A DNA stretch of 64,000 bases from Macrostomum lignano (Eukaryota). The stretch lies in contig NIVC01001057.1 in assembly GCA_002269645.1 (NCBI GenBank), positions 1 through 64,000 on the forward strand, read 5' to 3'. Each line of letters starts with the position of its first letter. The first letter of the stretch is position 1. A program made the position numbers and the translations under genes. Below, one piece after another: positions 36,703-48,514 of this stretch. Under the pieces are notes generated by a model. The model made no database searches and was not told the DNA's origin. It saw only the letters and a list, made by a program, of their open reading frames with translations.

Positions 36703-37995
36703 CGAGGGGCACTATTAAAGTTCTGAGCCTTAATATGAAAGAGAGGAGATATGGGCAAAGTGAGATCAGCTTTTCTCAACATAGTCTCCCCCAACCAAGA
36801 TGCACTTATGGCATCTTGATCGCAGCGCCTCAATGCCATTCTGGAAGAATTGCACCGAGCAGCCCTCAAACCAAGCAGTTGCAGCATCCTTCAGCGCATC
36901 ATCAGTGTCAAATCGCTGTCCACGGAGCGCCCGCTTGAGATGTGGAAACAGGTGGAAGTCGCTCGGGGCCAGGTCTGGTGAATAGGCTGGGTGCGGCAGC
37001 TCTCGAAACCCTGCGACACTGACAGCAGCCTTGGCAATCCTGCTAGTGTGGGCCGGTGCATTGTCGTGCAGCAGCACAACACCTCAGCTCAGCATCCCTC
37101 GCCTATTTTCCTTGATTGCTTCGCGCAGACGGGCGATCAGGTCAGCGTAGTAGGCGCCTGTGACTGTCTGCTTGTGCGGTAGAAAGTCCAGCAGCAGCGG
37201 GCCCTTGGCATCCCAGAAGACGGTGAGCATAATCTTGCCCGCACTGCATGCAGTCCGTGCCTTCAGTGGTGCAGGTGAACCAACTGGCAGCCACTGCTTG
37301 GACTCCTGCTTGGACTCGGGATCGTGGTGATGGATCCACGTCTCATCCCCGGTCACGCAGCAGGACAGAAAGTTGGCAGGGTCCGGATCGTAGGAGTCCA
37401 GGACAAGCTTTGAGTACTGCACCCGTGCGGTCTTTTGGTCCCTTGTCAAGATTCGTGGGATCCATCTGGCAGAAACCTTGGACAGATGAAGATGCTGGTG
37501 CAGGATCTCAATGACTTGCGGGTCAGAGAGTCCAGTGTCTGCCGCAAGTTCCCTGACTTTCACCCGCTGGTCACTGTCAACCAGAGCCTGGATGCGCTGG
37601 ATGTTGTCGGCAGTGACAGCAGTCCGGGATCGTCCACATCGGGGGTCATCTTCGAGCGAGTCGCGGCCACGCTTGAACTCGGCTGCCCAGCGCTTTATGG
37701 TGGCGTATGAGGGGGCAGCGTCAGCGTACACACTAGCCATGCGGCTTTGAATTTCAGCAGGCTTTGAGCCATCCAGAGTCAGAAATTTAATCACTGCCCT
37801 GTGCTCAAGCTTCAATTCTTGAGAAAATGCCATGGGGTGCTAGAAATAAAATGGTGCAGTGGGACTTAGGGAATGCAGAAAATTCTGAAAAGTTGACAAT
37901 AGACTATTAACATGTGGCACTTTTAGAGCCTAAAGTTTCAACACTTTGCCACTATAAGATCTTGGTCAGGCTCAGAACTTTAATAGTGCCCCTCG
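36703..37995 (-). mobile_element. Full-length mariner (Tc1/mariner DD34D) transposon, 1293 bp
   Basis: Perfect 28-bp TIRs CGAGGGGCACTATTAAAGTTCTGAGCCT (36703-36730 and 37968-37995); TA TSDs at 36701-36702 and 37996-37997. Confidence 0.96.
36766..37833 (-). pseudogene. Mariner transposase with one in-frame TGA (37084-37086)
   Basis: HTH region, RWIPR, VTGDETW, LHDNAPAH and YSPDLAPSDFHLF; 34 residues between the second and third Asp. The two ORFs of the track are in frame across ...GMLS*GVVLLHDN. Confidence 0.95.
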
Positions 37996-39053
37996 TATTT
38001 TTAAATGTATATGTATATTATTATATATTTATATTTAAAAAAAGATTTTTCATTAATGCACTAATATGATAGAAGCTACAAATGTGATCTTATAGTCAAA
38101 ATTTAAAAGTCATATGTCTATGGGCTTTTGAATATCTATGCTGCAGAGCTATTTTTTCAATATGTAGCCACGCACTTAGTGAGTATAGCAAATTGTGTGC
38201 TACTTATCTCCAGAAGATGTAGTGCATGCCAGAATTTTCCAGCATGCATTTAAAAATGTTAATGTACATGGCATGCATAGTAAAATATCAACATGCATGG
38301 CATGCAATAAAAAGAAAGTGTAGTAATCAGGGTGCACAATTGCCTTACAATCTATATTACAACATGCCAGTGTGAGGCATATGATGGATAGACATTAAAG
38401 TTATTTGCAGTGAAAAGCAGAATATATTTACAATTTGAGAAAAAATTAGAAAAGCAGTTTTTTCTATAGGTGTAAATATACATGCGCAACAGTCGGCCGA
38501 GTCGGCCGATCTGGATGACTGATTTGGCAGCCAACCAAGGTAAATCGCAAAAATGCCCACCTCAAAGAATATGGACATAGTACTAATTAGATGACAAGGC
38601 ATTTAGCCTTTATATAAGACAGTCATAGTTACTCCTACTGTTTACCCAAAATTGCGTTCATTTTGCTTTAAGGTTTCTTTCATAGGTAAGTCACATTTTT
38701 GGTCAAAAATTATGTTGCATTTTTGTTAAAACTAAGTTGCACAGCCAACTGAATTTTTGAGGTTGCACATGTATGGGTATAAAGTTAAAAAAAGGACATG
38801 TATTTAATCAAGAATCTACAGGCATAAACAGTTTGTTAGTAGCAGCCGAAAAATGTTCCCATGTGGCCAGCACATCCACAAGACTTAAGACTATAGAGTA
38901 TCATATTATATTTTTTAGCAAAAGAGCTTTCTTTGAGCTATCTTTTGTTTATCATTTTGGAAAATGTTTTCTTCAACTTCTTGTACTATATGGCTCAAGT
39001 GCAATGGAAAGTTCATTATTTAATAAAATAATTTTATATAAGAAGATAGAGAC

Positions 39054-39463
39054 TAGAGCCTAGAGGTTGGATGGGATTAAAATCTTCAGGTGGGATCGGG
39101 ATCAGGAATAATTTTTTTCTTGGGATTGGGATCAGGATTAGGATTCGGGAATTGGGATCAGGTCTTTTAGTGTATTGTAGCTTGTAAGTCCATATAAAGT
39201 TAAACAAAATTGAGCTAAAAATGTCAAGATCAAAAAGTAGAATACAACAAAATTGATGCAAAGTTTTGTAACCAACAAATTAATAATGTAATGAGTACAA
39301 GGTAAAACAAAATACATTCAAGTAATCACTAATTCTATAAATTTTTAATCAAAAGACCTGTTCCCAATTCTCGCGTTTTTTAAGGTCAGGATTCTAGTCT
39401 CGCGGGAATCCAATTTTCCTTGGGATCCTGAGATTTCGAGATCGGGATTCCATCCAACCTCTA
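39054..39463. mobile_element. hAT-like MITE with 8-bp TSD
   Basis: TIR TAGAGGTTGGATGG (39061-39074) / CCATCCAACCTCTA (39450-39463); subterminal GGGAT(C/T) repeats; ATAGAGAC at 39046-39053 and 39464-39471 fits the hAT nTnnnnAn target consensus; 7-nt stutter TAGAGCC at the left end. Confidence 0.75.
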
Positions 39464-40992
39464 ATAGAGACGAACCATTTTTAGTATATAGATAGGATTA
39501 ATAAAATAAGTTTATATAAGAAGATAGAGACTAACCATTTTTAGTATATATGATAATAGTAAATGTTATGTAACATTGTATAAAACAATTAAATAACCAA
39601 CTATAGGCCTATATAAGATTATTAGGATTTATTAAATGTCATAGAGGCCTAACTTACCACGTCAATTTATAAAAAGTATAACTGAGCAATAAAGTGCAAA
39701 ACTTAAGATAATATGCAAAATGGGTAATAGCAACAGGAAAAGTGGAGCATATCCGATCCGAAGAAAATACTTAGGTGAGTATCAACTTAAACTTAAATTC
39801 AATTTTAAAGACAGTTATGCTAGCAATAGAAAGTAATAAATTTTTCAATACCTGCACGGCCGAATGATTTTTTGAATATCTGGCAGTGCAGTAAGAGTTA
39901 TTGTTAGCCTTGGCTGGTTTATCAGTCCGTCTGCTACGCGCCTAGACCTAAGCTGATAATAATAATTTAATGTATATATATGGTTCTTAGAACTCTAAAT
40001 GATTAAAAAATATCTAAAATAAAATTATGGTATTTCAAACAAAGTATTTGTAACATACATGGGCTAATATACAAGTTTTAGAGACTATAGTACACTTAAA
40101 TTTTACCATTTTTTATTTTTTTAATGACAATGTCAAGATTTGTATCATTGAGATTCTGACGTTTTCAACGATAGGTTAAAAAAATTAAATAGTTTCCACC
40201 ATGCATGCATTGATTGATTAGCAGAGAATAAGTTTTTAATTGAAACACGTAAGCACATTGGCCTACACCTAGTAGGCAGTAACTGCAGCTGATGGACTTG
40301 AACTTTGCTGTTATATAAAATACTCATCTGATAGTTGCTGTGCCATTGGCATTTTCATAGCCGATGGCGATAGGCTTAGCTAGGATCAATCAAACTGTAC
40401 GACTCTACTCTAACTAGCCTAAAACTAGGCCTAACTCTAGGCCAGCTAAGCTAAGGAAGGCTTAGCTGGCATAGCTGAGTCAAGACACTAATAAAATATT
40501 GGATAAAATTACTAGAATTAGGCCTAGCTAGTATTTGATGTTATTGATCATTAATACTAGGCCTATTAATTCTATTAATAATAGAATAGATGATGATGAT
40601 TTTGTTATTGATTTCAGGATTTCAGTTCAACAAATTTTTTTCAACTAATTCCAAATCATATTTATTGTGATGGGAGACACATTTGATGATACAAAACTGT
40701 GCAAAAACATAGCACAACTTGTCAGCTAGATAGACAGTAATACAATTTCAGTAGGCCTAGGTTACAATATAGGCCCTAGCCCCTAGGTAATAGGCCTAGT
40801 GCCATGGCTAATCTAGTAGAGCATTCTAACCAAACTGCCCTTTAGGTAAAGGCCAAATGAGCACAGATTTTTGGTTAAGCCAAGTTTTGAGTCAAAACTT
40901 ACCAGTGCTTACATCAAAAAGTTGAGAAATATTGAGAAAATAATCTGCATATTTTTATGTCCCTTTTTCTATATAGTCACACTATTATAGTG

Positions 40993-42424
40993 GAATTCCG
41001 GTTGTTTCACCCCCAAACTGTTTTGGCCATGTACATTTCGGCCCTAGACCATTTTGCCCATAGGCCATTTCACCCATAAACCAGTTCGGCAACGGGCGTT
41101 TTGGCCAAAATGGTGATTATGTATTTTAGAGATACAGCCATATATGTTATCTGTAACGAGTCCATCGGGGAGGCGAGCAGCAGGTGATCGAGAAGCCAGT
41201 GACAGTGGTCACTTACTCGAAGAGTATGGGCGATGTGGACCATATGGATTCGGTAGCAAACCCCTACCTGGCCAGCCGGAAAACGCTGTGCTGGTTTCAG
41301 AAACTTGCGCTTTACCTGCTGCTGCTTCTAGTTCGGAACTTGTGGATTGTCTACCGCCAGCACAGAGATACCAAGACTTTCGTGGCATTTCTGCGCAAAG
41401 CGGTCAGCATCTTGGTAGAGGAGACTGGCAGGGGCAGGCACCATTTCGCTGTCAGGGCAGGCCATCCTGCAGCAGTCAGACCAGCAGGTGATGGTCCTGC
41501 AGTACAGCATTTGCCGACCAAAGCTCCATTGAACGCTGCCCATGTTCAGCCATGCAATCGATGCCGCGTGTGCAGCGAGAACCAAATTGCAAAGAAGACA
41601 GTTTACATATGCCCTGATTGTCCGGGAGTACTAGCACTTTGCATAGGCCAGTGCTTCAGAAACTGGCACAGCCAACCGCATTGACTATTACAGACCTCGT
41701 CTTCATGTTTTTTTCTTCCACACCCCCGGTTGACTTTGCTCTCTCCATTCCTAACCTGCTCTCCTTTTTGTCTCTACCCTTGAATAAAATTTAAGTAAAT
41801 ATTTATAGAGTACCCTAACAAGGAGCTTTCCGTTGCTATGGTGTCAATCCAAAATCATCTGTTCTAATCCTGTTTCTGTTTTGTTAGCACTGTAAGATTA
41901 CTACTAGGCTTACTCATGTGATAATAGTCTGTAGCACTCGTGCTATTACTACTAGGCTTTCGAGTGCAATAATAGTCTTGGCTTGAGTAAGCCTAGTATT
42001 GGTTTTTGCATGCTAAGTGAGACATTTTTCAAGCAATCTGAGACTGAATAGCAAAAACACTATTGTCTATGGCCACCCCTCACTGCAGCCTAGCTTTTTG
42101 GGATCGCCTTGCAAGCAAAGTGAGAAATTTTTTAAAGCTAATATAATACATGTGCTCATGGTCCGCGGCTCACGCTCAATTTGCACATCTCTGTTCTATC
42201 TGCTCTACATTAGTATATAGATTGTTAGTGTTTTAGCCCTGGAGTGGGGGTGGCTACTATTGAACCTCGCTTATAATAAATTGTATCGTTGCACACATGT
42301 TCATTTCAACCCTGGTCCGAATTGGAGGCGAAATGGTCCATGGCCGAAATGGTCTGTGGGCGAAATGGTCTGGGGGCAAAATGTCCATGGCCGAAATTGT
42401 TTATGGGCGAAACGACCGGTTACC
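40993..42424. mobile_element. Non-autonomous TIR element (about 98-bp TIRs made of about 15-bp subrepeats, 8-bp TSD TTATAGTG) carrying a piggyBac fragment
   Basis: The left 98 nt align without gaps to the reverse complement of the right 98 nt (24 mismatches by hand count). TTATAGTG at 40985-40992 and 42425-42432. Confidence 0.7.
41144..41684 (+). pseudogene. 3' fragment of a piggyBac transposase (end of DDE domain plus Cys-rich zinc-finger CRD)
   Basis: EKPVTVVTYSKSMGDVDHMD (KP..V..YN..MGGVD..D motif), RKTLCWFQKL and CRVC...T.YIC.DC....LC...CFRNWH. Frameshifted MLSVT (MLST-like) upstream. Confidence 0.85.
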
Positions 42425-42699
42425 TTATAGTGTCATTTCATACAAAAATTTATATATATGAATATATTGTATTATAAACAATTTATACTATTGTGCAACA
42501 ATACAATTGATACAATTGTTAAAAAAGGAAAATGCCATGTTGAAATTTTGGCAATCCTCTAGATTTGCACATTTAATTCTTTTTTTTGAAAAATAGTAAC
42601 TTAATTAGTTATTGCAAGTAAATATTTAAACTTGTGTGACAGGCCTTTTGGCTCTGTCTTTCTAAACTTCTAACTATTAGTGTTTATTAAATATCCTAC

Positions 42700-43070
42700 A
42701 AGCTGCCACCAAAGTTGTTACAGGCCTTTCACCTCTTACTTTATCAATTTTAATCCCACCGATTTGCCAACTACAGTTATCCTGATTATACTTGCTTTTA
42801 CTCCCTAACTATTTCTTAGAATTTCATTTAAATATTTCTGGGTAGCGTTCTTAGTAGCGTTTCTGGTAGCGTTCTTAGTAGCGTTTCTGGTAGCTTATGG
42901 CTTGCTTTCTGGTAGCATTCTAGTAGCTTATGGCCTGAGCGGTCTAGTACTGGTATATGTATTAGTGTATAGTCCTAATCGGGCGTTCACCGAGACTAGA
43001 GGGTCACGGCGCCTCTCTTGGTATATCTCCAAGAATTAGTCCCAATTCCCTTCTCTTAGCAAATTTCTTA
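42700..43070. repeat. Second copy of the decayed dispersed repeat at 9885-10240
   Basis: Shared ordered motifs as listed for 9885-10240. Confidence 0.8.
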
Positions 43071-44879
43071 GAATCGTTTCACAGGTTTTGCAAATAAATA
43101 AGTCGCTATTTAGCTCAAAGACTTTGAAATGGTTTAGATTGAACTGCTTATTCTGTTCGCAATTATTTGCTCACGAGTAAAAGACAGTTAGAGTATATTT
43201 GTCGCAAAACCGCTCCTATATATAGTGATTTTCCCCACATACGATTAAAACAAAAAAATAATTCTCCAATTTATTTCGCGCATTAAAACAAACTATTATT
43301 TGGCGTTCGCGTAGATTCAGTTTCTAAGAAAGATTCGAATATACAGTTATTACATTGAAAGAACATTCGAGTATACTATGATAAAGGCATAGCACTAGTA
43401 CACTTGCATGAGTGTAAGATGTGGTAGCAATCATTCTTGATTGAATAATTATTCATCTTAAACAATAACTCTTCTTGGTCATGGCTAGATACCCTGAGTA
43501 CTCACTAGCATAAGCCTAGTTCAAGGCCATACTGATATTTCCTACATTAAAAGGCATATTTGGGCCCCATTTCATATAATTTATATATAGACCTATTAAA
43601 AATATTTTACTTCTCAACTTGACCTAAGTAAAATTTCTCAACAATTGAATAATTGAAAAAAAATAGTTGATTGCTTGATATGTCAAGTAGGCCTACTTAG
43701 TTAAATACTCGTTTAACCTCTACCTAGGGGCAAAATACTTTAAACCTCTACCTAGAGGCAAAATAAAAGTTAACATGGGTAGATATCTAGTCATCTAGTC
43801 ACTGCAAATAATGGGACAATTAGTTGAAACTTATTGAGATAAAGGTTTATAATAAATATAGGGTTATAATTTAAAAATTAATAAAAATAGTTTTTTTAAA
43901 AATTGAATAAACTCTGCTTTGGCATATATTTATGACTAAGTTGAAAAATAATTAAATGTGCATTTCTTTACAATTGTTGATATAAAGGGGGCTAGATAAC
44001 TGATAATAGAAAAATAGATAAGAATGATATATTTGGCTTAGTAATATTCTGCTAGGCATATAACTATTTTTTTTCTTATACTATTGGTTATTACAACTAT
44101 ATGAATACAACCATATTTTGCAAATGTATCTATAGCATTTAATCTATATTGACTTGATTGCCTTTTTGACTAGGCCCCTATTCATTATCTCTTCCCTTTT
44201 TTCTTTTCTCTACTATATGTCTATTTCTTTTCATTTTCTTCTTTTTTCATTTCCCTTTTTCTTTCTTCTTTTTTTTCCTTTATCCTTTTCTTTTTTCCTT
44301 TCTCCCTATTCTTCATATATCTCCTCTTATATAGTATTTAAGTAACTAAAATAACAAAGTCTCTAATTCTAATTAAAGTTTTCTATAAGAGCAATGGCTT
44401 GTTTATCAGTTGGTTTCTAAAAAGCTTCATTTGTAATCTAGCCTTTAATCGTGGAAAGTGTTAGGCAAGTTTTCTACAAGTCTTAATTATCTTAACTTAT
44501 AAGATCTTCTATCCCAACCACAATGTGCATATGGTATTAGGAATATTGTTTGAGTCTTTGACCCTAAGGTCTTAAGAAATCCCCTTGTATTTTGATAATA
44601 AAAACATTAATATTAACTATAGCTCCATCTATTCAAACCCTAGTATATATATAATATCAACATTTCTGTCTTTGGGGCTTTTGTAACTATATCTATATCT
44701 ATAGAGCCTATGATATAGAGAACTCTAAAAGGTATCATGTTAGACTAAAAGAAGTATAATATAAAAAATAATCATGTTAAACATAAAAGAAGCCTTATGC
44801 CAAATAGAAAGAAGTATGGTATAAAAATAAAAAGAAGTAAATGAAACATTGTTTGAAACTGTATTATGATTCTTAGGAA

Positions 44880-45130
44880 GAATTACTGAGATGTCAAGGC
44901 TTAGAAAGGTAATTTCTTAGATGTCAAGGCTCATTAAAGGAATAGTTAAGATTTTTAGTATATGGAGTTCAAGGCTTATAGAAAGAATTGTTAAGTTGTC
45001 AAGGCTTATAGGGGAATTGCTAAGTTGTCAAGGCTTATAGGTGGGGATTGCTAAGATTTCAAGGCTTATAGCAGGGAATTGCTAAGATGTCAAGGCTTAA
45101 GGAGGAATAGCTAAGATGTCAAGGCTAAAG
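44880..45130. repeat. Degenerate about 30-bp tandem repeat (CTAAGATGTCAAGGCTTA core)
   Basis: About 7 TCAAGGCT anchors. Confidence 0.8.
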
Positions 45131-45409
45131 TCAATAGTTATATAGTTTAGTCAAAAACTGTATTCTATTCTTTTTTGGCTCCTCCTCCTCAATAAGGATG
45201 CTGATTGTTAATATTATATTATACAAGTGGAACTCCTTTGGGGAAGAAAGGGAAGAACTCTCATTGCCAGAATTTTATTCTTTGAAATTCTATGCTTTGA
45301 ATCCCATCTTCCAAATTGTCTCTGAATTCTTTACAAAACTGTTTAAATATCATAGTCCATATATTGTTTTCCCTGTTTGAAACAACTGACTGCTATTGTC
45401 CAGACTAAG

Positions 45410-46290
45410 ACTCTTATGTCTCTTCTCTCCTCTCTGCACTCTTATTGTTACTCTCTTCTCTCTCTCTTCTCTCTCCTCTCATCTTTACTCTCTTATTTAT
45501 CTCTTTTCCCTCATCTTTTGTCTATTATCTCTCCTGTCTCCTCTCTTCTCTTTCCTCTCCTCTCTTATCTCTCCCCTCTCTTCTCTCTCATATCTCATCT
45601 TTAAACTCTTATCTATTGTCTTTCCTCTACCCTCTCTTATCTCTTTTCTCTCCTCTCATTTCTCATATAACCTATACTCTCTCACCTTCTCCTCTCCTTT
45701 CTTATCTCTCATCTTTCTTCTCTCCTTTCTACCATCTGTCTTCTCTCTTGTCTTCTCTCCTCTCCTTTCTCCTCTCATCTTCCTTCTCTTCTCTAATCTC
45801 TAATCTCTTCTTTCTCTTATTTTCTCACTCATCTCTTTTCTCATTGCCTCTCATCTTTCCTCTTGCATTCTTATCTTTACCTCCTTCTTTCTCCTCACTA
45901 CTTTCTTTACTTAACTCTCTCATGTCTGATATTTCATCTCTCTTCTCTCTCCTTTCTCCCCTCATTTCTCTCCTCTCATTTCTAACTCCCTTATTTATCT
46001 CTTCCTCCCTTACTCGTATTTACAATCTTCTCTCTTCTATTTCCTCTGTATGCTTTTATCTCTCCTCTCTTCTCTCTTCTCTAATCTTTCTTGTCTGTAT
46101 CCTCTCTATTATCTCATATCTCCCCTCTCATCTCCTCTTTCCTCTTCTTTTCTTTCTCCCTCTTCATTCCTGCCTAACTTATCTCTTTTCTCCTATCTGT
46201 AATCTCTAATCTGTCTTCTTTCATATCTGCTCTCTTTTCTATCATCTCTTCTTTCTTCTCTTTTCACTCTTCTCTCTATTCTCTTATCTG
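45410..46290. repeat. About 0.9-kb CT-rich polypyrimidine low-complexity tract
   Basis: Almost exclusively C/T with scattered A; gives Leu/Ser-only ORFs. Confidence 0.92.
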
Positions 46291-48514
46291 ACCTACTGAA
46301 GGTGCCAAATCCATCAAAACCCTCCCCATGCAATAGAACTCTACAAATTTTATTCATGAAACTAAAATTCTCTCTGTCATCAAAATGCTCTCTGTCAAGC
46401 TGCAATCAATTAATTTAATCAATATCAAATTGCAGTCATAAAAATCATAATCATGCAGTCAATCAATATCAAATATTCAATGTAGAGGCATTAGCAATTA
46501 GAGTAAGGATTATGGTTAAAATATTTCATTCATTGTTAGTCATAGCCTCTCCACTGGGATAGCAATGAGGGCCGGGCCGCAAATGAAGTAATTCTAAAAC
46601 TCAGTACTTTGCTATGTACACTGAGCCCTATTGCCACCAACCCCTAGCACAAGGGGTATTTGCATTAAACTCAAAACATGTGTCAAAAAGTTAAAAGTAT
46701 GGAATTTTTTTAATGCTGTGCTTTCTGTTTTCATATTTAAAGCAAACAACTTATATCCCTAAACTCAGCATTGCAAGATCTTTCCAGCAGTATAAGTCTT
46801 TCCTTTCAAAGTTTAAAACTTAAGGAACAGTTAGCATTTGAAATTTCCTGACTTCCCAACTACTTGCTTGAGATGCTTGCAAGTTTATTTATTGAATTTC
46901 ACTGCTTAGCTAATACATGAGGCTGCCTATTGAAAGGCAGCAATAATAAAACCAATTGAATCTCTACATAGTACTAGCTATCTGCTTACACTGTACAATT
47001 GCTATGTACACTCAGCCCAACCCCCCAGTTTCGAGGGAATCATTAAACTTAATTGCACCCCTGACATGGGGGTACTTGGCTTGACACAGAACATGTGCAC
47101 CTATCTCCCCAAGACACAGTGACCTGCTAGCAGAGGTTAGGGTAGCTTTTTACAAACAGGCTGCAACCCCTCTACTAGAAAGGCAGAGTGGCCACAGAAA
47201 GGCTAAAGAAGGTTAAGAAATCAGTTTTTTGCTTTTTTATGGATCTTAAAATGTAAAAATGAAAGATTAAAATAGCCTAAACCATGATCTAGAAAAAAAT
47301 TGCAGTTTTCCTATTTAAGTTTCAATGGTGACTTGCCAGTAGTATAGGGGTTCACTTGCAACACATACACACACAGACAAACATTGCATCAGTTTTAGTA
47401 GTGAAAAACAATCTCTATCCTATTGAAGTTATTACTTACATTTTTAACAAAAACCAGATAAGTTCATTAATAAAAATCAAAGAATATTTAAATCTTGACA
47501 AATGTGATTTTTAAACTAGTCTTTATGCTTACATTTAAAATAATTTTGATAAACTGTAGGTTTCATATAGTTTTTATTAGTTAAAAAAGGCATTTTTAAT
47601 GCTATTAAAGTAAGCTTTATGTAGGTGAGAGTCTTGCTATAACTGAATTTTCCATACACATTTTAATCCTTTTTTATACTATAGCTTTTTTGCATCTAGT
47701 TTTTTCCCAGCCTATTGGTATAAATATATTTGTCTATACATAGCCAATAAATTTTGCATGATTTAATGGCATTAAGTCAAATGACAGTAGTTGTTTTATC
47801 TATTTTTTTTTCATAATTTGATCTAAAATCTATGATATATTTAATAGTAATAAAATAAATAGTAATGTTATAATGGCTTTATCTATCATTCATTAATATT
47901 TCCCCCTCTAACAATTTACTAGCAATATAGTCCCCCCCTTAGGGGTGCTAAGTCCTAGAAATTATATTATGTTTGTGCCCTAGCCAAATATTTTATTAAT
48001 TTGATTATGACTTATATCAGCTTGCAAAGAATATTCTATTTGGTTAGATAAGTTTAATAGGTTATTATGTTTAGGTAGCAATTAGTAAGTTTTAATAAGT
48101 TTGGTCAGCAAGATTTGCCCTATTATGGCCAAGGCAAAAACTGCCATATAGTTCTTCAAGTATATTAGATAAGTTGTAAAAGTGCTTTCTTTGTTTTGTG
48201 GCCTTACCTTGCCTTTCTACCCTAATAGTATTTGGCATTCAAGTAAGGTTGATTTATTGACTTGTTTTATTTTCATAATCATGTTGAGCAATAAGTTTAT
48301 TATCCATCTACTAAACTAAAAATTTACTACAGTAAAAATATGTTCTAAATATCTATAGTTACATATTGAACAAAATCTGAATAAGTAATTTTGAATTCAA
48401 AATCAGAACACAATTCCCTATCACCTACTTATTTTACTTGCATGCTGACTAGTGCCCAGTAACATATTGAGTCCAGCACGTACTGCAGCATACTACTGAG
48501 CTGCAGGGCTCAGC

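Noticed and set aside
40980-42432. CACTA/EnSpm reading of the TIR element (CACTA...TAGTG with TCA 3-bp TSD)
   Set aside because: The TIRs align without gaps only from 40993/42424, flanked by an exact 8-bp duplication; CACTA/TAGTG is explained by the near-palindromic target site CACTATTATAGTG. Kept as a less likely alternative.
45377-46405. Leu/Ser/Phe-rich ORFs that look membrane-like
   Set aside because: Products of the CT-rich low-complexity tract.
48430-48444. Second SL-like end (TTTACTTGCATG) about 70 nt upstream of the RNGTT ATG
   Set aside because: Only 7 terminal nt match in an AT-rich context; compatible with chance.
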